A stretch of 64,000 bases of DNA, taken from positions 206-64,205 of the forward strand of contig CAZCCR010000005.1 in NCBI GenBank assembly GCA_964497425.1, given 5' to 3'. Of this stretch, positions 58,156 through 64,000 are shown piece after piece; the stretch's first letter is position 1; each line of letters opens with the position of its first letter. Origin of the DNA: an uncultured Gaiellales bacterium. Its GTDB lineage: Bacteria; Actinomycetota; Thermoleophilia; BMS3ABIN01. The notes below the pieces were generated by a model. It was not told the origin of the DNA, searched no databases, and saw nothing but the letters and a program-made list of their open reading frames with translations. The position numbers and the translations under genes were made by a program.

Positions 58156-58190
58156 GCCCCAGTGCCGGCTAGCCTGGGGCTTTTTCCTTT
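58156..58190 (+). terminator. Plus-strand intrinsic terminator in a minus-strand gene block (end of a candidate sRNA)
   Basis: GCCCCAG-TGCCGGCTAGC-CTGGGGC followed by TTTTTCCTTT. There is no plus-strand CDS upstream. Confidence 0.55.
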
Positions 58191-58201
58191 CCCTGAAAGG
58201 G

Positions 58202-60007
58202 TTATTTCCTGTCGATGTCCAGTACCGCCAGGAAAGCCTTCTGTGGTATCTCCACGTTACCCACCTGCTTCATCCGCTTCTTGCCCTCCTTCTGTTTCTC
58301 TATCAGCTTGCGCTTGCGGGTTATATCTCCGCCGTAACATTTGGCCAGCACGTCCTTGCGCTTGGCGGGGATGGTCTCGCGGGCCACCACCTTCTTGCCG
58401 ATGGCCGCCTGTACCGCCACCTCGAACAGCTGGCGTGGTATCTCCTTCCTCAGCCTCTCCACCATGCCCCGGCCCTGATGGTATGCCTTGTCACGATGTA
58501 CTATCAGCGAGAGGGCATCAACCGGTTCGCCGGCTATGAGGATGTCCAGTTTTATCAGGTCGCTCTCCCGGTAGCCGGACATCTCATAATCCAGGGAAGC
58601 ATAACCGCGGGTGCGCGATTTGAGCAGGTCGAAGAACTCCAGCACTATCTCCGACAGGGGCAGCAGGTAGTGCAGCTGTACCCGGTCCGTTGACAGATAC
58701 TGCATATCCTCGAACTCGCCCCTGCGGTCCTGGCACACCTCCATCACCGCACCGACGAAATCCCCGGGCACCAGTATGGATGCCCGGACGTAAGGCTCCC
58801 GCACGGTCTCGATCGAGCCCGGATCCGGCATCTCCGCCGGACTGCGCACTGTCACCTCCGAGCCGTCGATGAGATTGATGCGGTACTCGACGTTGGGTAC
58901 GGTCGCCAGCAGATCCAGGCCGTACTCCCGCTCCAGCCGCTCCCTGACTATATCCATATGCAGCAGGCCGAGGAAGCCGGTGCGAAAGCCGAAGCCGAGA
59001 GCCCGGGATGTCTCCGGCTCGAAATTGAGCGAGGCATCGTTGAGCTTCAGCTTGTCAAGGGCGTCCCTCAGCACCGGGTAGTCGTCCCCCTCGATTGGAA
59101 AGAGGCCGCAGAAGACCATGGGTTTGGCCTCGCGGTAGCCCGGCAGCGCCGCCGCCGCCGGCGAAGCGTCAGAGGTGAGGGTGTCCCCCACCCGCAGGTC
59201 GCGCACCGTCTTGATGCCTGTTATCACGTAGCCGACCTCTCCGGCTGAGAGCGAATCCGCGGGCATCATGTCCGGCGAGAAGATCCCCACCTCCTCGATC
59301 TCCACCTTGGTTCCCGTAGCCATGGCGCGGATGACCTCACCCTTGCGGAAGGAACCGTCCACCACGCGCACGTAGACTATGACGCCGCGGTACTGGTCGT
59401 AGACCGAGTCGAACACCAGCGCCCTGCCCGGAGCCGCCGGGTCTCCCGCCGGCGGTGGAATGCGGCCGACGATGGCCTCCAGGACCTGCCTGACGCCTTC
59501 ACCGGTCTTGGCGGATACCCTCAACACTTCGGACGGGTCCAGGGCGAAAAGTTCGGAGACTTCTCCGGCGACCCGGTCCGGCTCCGCCGCCGGCAGGTCG
59601 ATCTTGTTGAGCACCGGCACTATCTCCAGGTCGTTGTCGATTGCCAGGTATGTGTTGGCCAGGGTCTGTGCCTCAATGCCCTGGGCCGCATCCACCACCA
59701 GCAGAGCCCCTTCACAGGCCGCCAGGCTGCGTGAGACCTCATAGGAGAAATCCACGTGTCCCGGGGTGTCTATCAGGTGCAGCATGTATTCCCGGCCGTC
59801 ACCGGCCTGGAACAGCACCCTCGCCGCCTGGGCCTTGATGGTTATCCCCCGCTCCCGCTCCAGGTCCATCGTGTCCAGCATCTGGTCTGTTATCTCCCGG
59901 CCGCTGACCGTGTTGGTTATCTCCAGGATGCGGTCTGCCAGTGTCGATTTGCCGTGGTCGATATGGGCGATTATGGAGAAGTTCCTGATCAGGTTCTGGT
60001 CAGTCAA
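58202..60007 (-). CDS. lepA: Elongation factor 4 (LepA)
   Basis: G-domain [16 protein letters not shown] and LepA C-terminal domain. Start taken at TTG 60005-60007 ([10 protein letters not shown]); the ORF track extends to 60094. Confidence 0.9.
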   Translation of the reverse strand: MTDQNLIRNFSIIAHIDHGKSTLADRILEITNTVSGREITDQMLDTMDLERERGITIKAQAARVLFQAGDGREYMLHLIDTPGHVDFSYEVSRSLAACEGALLVVDAAQGIEAQTLANTYLAIDNDLEIVPVLNKIDLPAAEPDRVAGEVSELFALDPSEVLRVSAKTGEGVRQVLEAIVGRIPPPAGDPAAPGRALVFDSVYDQYRGVIVYVRVVDGSFRKGEVIRAMATGTKVEIEEVGIFSPDMMPADSLSAGEVGYVITGIKTVRDLRVGDTLTSDASPAAAALPGYREAKPMVFCGLFPIEGDDYPVLRDALDKLKLNDASLNFEPETSRALGFGFRTGFLGLLHMDIVRERLEREYGLDLLATVPNVEYRINLIDGSEVTVRSPAEMPDPGSIETVREPYVRASILVPGDFVGAVMEVCQDRRGEFEDMQYLSTDRVQLHYLLPLSEIVLEFFDLLKSRTRGYASLDYEMSGYRESDLIKLDILIAGEPVDALSLIVHRDKAYHQGRGMVERLRKEIPRQLFEVAVQAAIGKKVVARETIPAKRKDVLAKCYGGDITRKRKLIEKQKEGKKRMKQVGNVEIPQKAFLAVLDIDRK

Positions 60008-60155
60008 GGCCGGCTCTCTTCCGCGCGCTCCCCTGGCGCTTTCAAAATGTCGATATCGGGTATGTGCAGGACCCTGCGACAGCAGTATCTGCACGGACCC
60101 TGCGATACCACCTACAATTATAGATTAACAGAAGGCCGGTCGTGGTCGCCGCCGG

Positions 60156-61757
60156 TTACCCCGCCTCCGGGCTTTTGAGCAGCCGGAACAGCCTCAGCTC
60201 CTGCATGCCGGCCAGCCGCGCCAGGGCCAGGAACACCAGCGCCCCGGCCGCCAGCGCCCCGGCCAGCGACGCCAACTGCGGCACCAGAGACCGCCCCAGC
60301 AGGCTGTCCAGGACCCGCCAGGCAAGCCAGGAGGCGCCGGCGGCCGGGGCGGCAAGAACGGTCGCCAGGAACACAGTCCTCATCACCTCCCTGCCGTCCA
60401 GCCTCCTTACCAGCCGCCTGAGCATGAAGAAAAGCGCCAGGAAGGTGAGGATGGACACCGCCGTAGTGGAGAGCGCGATGCCGCCCAGGTCGAACCAGCC
60501 AATGAACAGCCAGTTGAACAGGGCGTTCAGGCCCAGGTTGGCCAGGGCCAGCAGCGTCGGCACCCAGGGACGTTCCAGGGAGAAGAAACCGCGCGTCAGC
60601 AGGGTGCTGCCACCGCTGAAGGCGCTGCCGAAAGCGAAGAAGAAGAGTGTGGAGGCAACCAGTCCCGTGTCGGCGGCGCTGAACTCGCCATGCTGGTATA
60701 CCAGCCTGGTGATCGGTTCGGCCAGCGCCAGGATGAAGGCCGTTACCGGTATCAGGAGGAAGAAGATGACGCGGATGCCGGTGCTGACGGCGCCGCGGAA
60801 CGCCTGAAGGTCTTCACGGGCCGCCAGCTTCGACAGCGTCGGGAACAGAACGGTGCCCACGGCTATGGCGAACAGTGCCTCGGGCAACTGGTACAGGCGG
60901 AAGGCGTAGTTCATCGCCGCCACGCCGCCCCGGCCCAGGTAGGATGCGAACTGCACGTCCACCACGCCGTTGAGATTGATCAGGCCCAGGCTGATGCTCA
61001 CCGGCAGTATCAGCAGGCCCACCTGGCGCACGTTAGGGTTGCGCCAGGCCAGGCTGAACCCCAGCCTGCCCCCCCTGCCCCTGAGCCATGGCAGCTGGAC
61101 GGCCAGCTGCACCACCGTGCCCAGCAGCACACCCCAGGCCAGGGCCTCTATCCCCAACCGCCCGCTGGCAAAGACTATGGCCAGGATTATCACCAGGTTC
61201 CAGAAGACAGGCGCCAGCGCCGGCATGGTGAAATGTTCATAGGAGTTGAGGACGCTGGTTACGATGCCGGTCAGCGACAGAAGCAGGATGATGGGAAAGA
61301 GCATGCGCGACATGTCCACTATGCTTCCCATCATCTCCGGGTCGCCGCGGTAGCCCGGCGCGAAGACGGGCATAATCTGCGGAGCGAAAGCGATGAACAC
61401 CGCGACGAGGGCGCCCAGCACCAGCGTCACCAGGGTGAACACGGTCCGCGCCACCCTCCAGGCCTCCTCATCCCTGCCCTTCTCCAGTAACCCTGCGAAC
61501 ACCGGTATCAGTGCGGCGCTCAGCGCCGCCTGCGCCACCAGTATCTGGAACGTGGAAGGCACCAGGAAAGCCACATCGAAGGCGCTCTTCTCTGCACCGG
61601 CGCCGAAATAGGCGGCGGCGGCTATCTCGCGCACGTAACCGAAGACGCGCGAGACGGCCGTCGCCGCCATGACGGTCACGGCGGCGCCGGCCAGGTACCT
61701 GGCCGGCGCCGCCGTCCCTTTACTTTCGTTCATCCCCACATGCGCCATCGCACTCAC
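60156..61757 (-). CDS. murJ: Lipid II flippase MurJ (MviN)
   Basis: 533 aa, 14 TM helices. MurJ N-terminus VSRVFGYVREIAAAAYFGAG. Confidence 0.85.
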   Translation of the reverse strand: MSAMAHVGMNESKGTAAPARYLAGAAVTVMAATAVSRVFGYVREIAAAAYFGAGAEKSAFDVAFLVPSTFQILVAQAALSAALIPVFAGLLEKGRDEEAWRVARTVFTLVTLVLGALVAVFIAFAPQIMPVFAPGYRGDPEMMGSIVDMSRMLFPIILLLSLTGIVTSVLNSYEHFTMPALAPVFWNLVIILAIVFASGRLGIEALAWGVLLGTVVQLAVQLPWLRGRGGRLGFSLAWRNPNVRQVGLLILPVSISLGLINLNGVVDVQFASYLGRGGVAAMNYAFRLYQLPEALFAIAVGTVLFPTLSKLAAREDLQAFRGAVSTGIRVIFFLLIPVTAFILALAEPITRLVYQHGEFSAADTGLVASTLFFFAFGSAFSGGSTLLTRGFFSLERPWVPTLLALANLGLNALFNWLFIGWFDLGGIALSTTAVSILTFLALFFMLRRLVRRLDGREVMRTVFLATVLAAPAAGASWLAWRVLDSLLGRSLVPQLASLAGALAAGALVFLALARLAGMQELRLFRLLKSPEAG

Positions 61758-62252
61758 TTGCCTTTAGGTCCCCGACTCTTTCTCCGGTGCCGCCGCTCTT
61801 CCTTTGCCGGATGGGATGATCCCCTGTTTTAGAATCTTCTTGCGGGAGTTATAATATAGGTGAGTCCCAAGAGAGAGAAGGGCTGATAACTCTCACCGGC
61901 AGATTGTCCGGGTAAAGTTTGATCGTCAGCAAACCTCACTTGGGGCTCATTGTCTGAAAGGGCGCCGCCACCGGGCCCTGAACGATTCCTCTGCCGCAGA
62001 GTCCGTGTATTCGGGGCCGACCGGTTCGGTCCTGAAATGGCGCACCTTCTGATCGATCCCGGCGCCGGGAAATCTGGTTGTATCCCCTGGTAGGGAAAAC
62101 GCCACAGCTGTCGATATATATATCAGGAGCCCCGAGAGGTTCAAGGTAACGTACGGGCTTCCGGCAAGGTGGAGAAAAGGCGGTGAAGGAAGCCGCCGAG
62201 TACGATGAGACCGGCGCCGGGAGACAGTGTGGACCCGATATGTTGCCGGAGA

Positions 62253-64000
62253 TCACCCGGGGCTTTTCTCTGTCTGCATCTGTTGCAGTACCGCCGCCAG
62301 CTGGTCCAGCTCGGAACCGTAGGTGGCCCAGTCCCCGTTCTTCTGTGCCTCGATAGCCCTGTTGTAATGGTCCTGGGCCTCCGCCGCCAGCTCCTCCAGG
62401 CTCCTGCCGGCGGTAGCAGCCTCCCCGGCCGGAGCGGCCTCACCTGATCCCCCACCTCCCGTTCCGGGACCGGCGGCCGGCGCGCCGCTCACAGGAGCGG
62501 CGAATATCCTCTCCAGGGCCCCGGCCAGGTCCTCGTCCATGGCGATGCTGCTGCCGTAGGCCACCGTTACCCTCTTCAGTTCCGGTATCTGTCCCTGTTC
62601 CGCCTGCAGGTAAAGGGGCTCGACATAGAGAATGGACTGATCCACGGGTATGACCAGGAGGTTGCCGTGTATCACCTGGCTGCCCCGCTGGGCCCAGAGG
62701 GAGAGCTGTCGCGATATATCCGGATCCTGGTTTATCCGCGCCTGGATCTGCATGGGCCCGAACACCAGTTTCTCCTTGGGGAATTTGAAGACGATGCGCT
62801 GTCCGTAGTTCTCCGGGTCCGACTTGGCCGCCATCCAGGAGATCATGTTGTCCTTGGTGCTGGGAGTGAAGGGCAGCATCAGCATGAACTGCTCCTCCTC
62901 CTCACCGGGCAGGCCCATGATGACGTAATAGGGATCCATCACGCCCGACCTGCCGCCGGACTGCACGCGGGGCACGCTCCACTGGTCCTCCTTGTTGTAG
63001 AAGACCTGGGGATTGGTCATGTGGTACGTGGTATACATCTCCGCCTGGGCCAGGAACATGTCCTCCGGATAGCGGAAATGTTCGCGGATGCCCTCCGGCA
63101 CCTGGTCGCCGGGGGTGAACAGGTCCGGATAGATACTCTCGTAGGTCTTCAGCACCGGGTCGTCCTCGTCCACGGCGTAGAAGGTCATGTCACCGTTATA
63201 GGCGTCGATGACTATCTTCACCGAGTTGCGGATATAGTTATAGCCCGTGGACGTCGGCTGGGAATAGGGATAGTAGTCGGTGGTGGTATAGGCATCCTGT
63301 ATCCAGTACATGCGGCCGTCCACCAGGGCCATGTAAGGGTCATGGTCATAGCGAAGGAAGGGCGCCACCTTCTGCAGCCGCTCGTCTATCTTCCGGTAAA
63401 CGAGGATGCGCGTATCCTTGTTGATGGAGTCGCTCACCAGCATCTTCAGGCTGCCGAAGCGCCAGCTGAAGGCCAGCCGGTGCAGCAGCGGCGAAAGGCT
63501 TATGCCGCCGCCGCCGCTGTACCTGGTGAAGACGTTCTCGTCACCCTTGGGGTAATCGAACTCCTCCGTATCGCTGTCGACGATGGCATACTCGTTGGCC
63601 ATCTCGCCGAAATAGAGAGCCGGCTGGCTCACTTCCAGTTCCGGGCTGGAGGTCTGGGGCGGAAAATCCTTTACCAGCAGCTGTGGCAGGCCGGCGTCGC
63701 TGACCTCGGCCACGGGACTCATCACCAGCCCGTAGCCGTGGGTGAAGATCAGATGCTCGTTCTGCCATGTGCGCGACTCCAGCTGGCTGGTCGCCAGTTC
63801 CCGCGGCGAGAGCATCACCTGTTTGAGCCTGCCGCCCAGGCGGTAGCGGTCCACGTCCACGTCGACGAAGGTGTAGTAAGGCCGGATCACCTGTATCTGG
63901 CTGTAGGTCTGCGCCAGGGTGGCCGGGTCCCAGAGCCGGATGTTGCCGATGGTGTCGGCGTTTTCCCCCAGGGCCGCTGCGTTGAGAGTGTCCTCCGCCG
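62253..64000 (-). CDS. UPF0182-family protein (partial; N-terminus beyond window end)
   Basis: The C-terminal ~580 aa resemble actinobacterial UPF0182 proteins, with a Gly/Ala-rich tail. The reading frame stays open to position 64000. Confidence 0.65.
   Translation of the reverse strand, partial: AEDTLNAAALGENADTIGNIRLWDPATLAQTYSQIQVIRPYYTFVDVDVDRYRLGGRLKQVMLSPRELATSQLESRTWQNEHLIFTHGYGLVMSPVAEVSDAGLPQLLVKDFPPQTSSPELEVSQPALYFGEMANEYAIVDSDTEEFDYPKGDENVFTRYSGGGGISLSPLLHRLAFSWRFGSLKMLVSDSINKDTRILVYRKIDERLQKVAPFLRYDHDPYMALVDGRMYWIQDAYTTTDYYPYSQPTSTGYNYIRNSVKIVIDAYNGDMTFYAVDEDDPVLKTYESIYPDLFTPGDQVPEGIREHFRYPEDMFLAQAEMYTTYHMTNPQVFYNKEDQWSVPRVQSGGRSGVMDPYYVIMGLPGEEEEQFMLMLPFTPSTKDNMISWMAAKSDPENYGQRIVFKFPKEKLVFGPMQIQARINQDPDISRQLSLWAQRGSQVIHGNLLVIPVDQSILYVEPLYLQAEQGQIPELKRVTVAYGSSIAMDEDLAGALERIFAAPVSGAPAAGPGTGGGGSGEAAPAGEAATAGRSLEELAAEAQDHYNRAIEAQKNGDWATYGSELDQLAAVLQQMQTEKSPG

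Noticed and set aside
61758-62252. tmRNA, RNase P RNA or SRP RNA in the murJ-UPF0182 gap
   Set aside because: None of the diagnostic conserved blocks could be found by eye on either strand: the RNase P GGAAAGUCCGGGCUCC block, the tmRNA tRNA-like ends with GGUUCGA, or the SRP GGAAGCAGCCAAGG block.

Overview
This is a 64 kb, high-GC (~65%) bacterial chromosomal segment with dense, mostly operonic coding. The ends are housekeeping genes. The first 12 kb holds a partial ORF, tRNA-Pro, dut, hflX, dapL-dapF-miaA and an HTH regulator; the last 18 kb is all minus-strand (ftsK, rnj, dapA, dapB, polyprenyl synthase, ubiE, ubiX, lepA, murJ, UPF0182). The centre carries four metabolic and redox modules:
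(1) A giant single-polypeptide fusion of two CDGSH Fe-S domains, a divergent 4Fe-4S domain, a Rieske domain and a TPP-dependent pyruvate-oxidase/acetolactate-synthase-family enzyme (1262-3913).
(2) A NorC(diheme)-NorB nitric-oxide reductase pair, divergent from a Cys-rich wHTH regulator.
(3) A phosphoketolase module (ackA - xfp - beta-phosphoglucomutase::GH65 phosphorylase fusion).
(4) A complete 10-gene membrane-bound [NiFe]-hydrogenase locus: small subunit, large subunit, cytochrome b, maturation protease, hypA, hypB, hypF, hypC, hypD, hypE.
The hydrogenase large subunit is truncated in the ORF track at an in-frame TGA. Reading through it restores the universal C-terminal Ni-binding motif as DP-U-xxCxxH, and a hairpin sits immediately downstream. 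This is most likely a selenocysteine [NiFeSe] hydrogenase.
The window also contains three repeat systems that the gene models do not explain. A 26-nt motif ending ...GGAACGTCCC occurs four times, once as a perfect 22-bp inverted pair forming a ~90-bp MITE-like element beside tRNA-Pro. An array of about 13 degenerate TTCCCGGG-type direct repeats lies upstream of the fusion gene. Nested palindromic repeat units lie between rny and miaB. There are several candidate leader/sRNA structures; no CRISPR, rRNA or obvious prophage.
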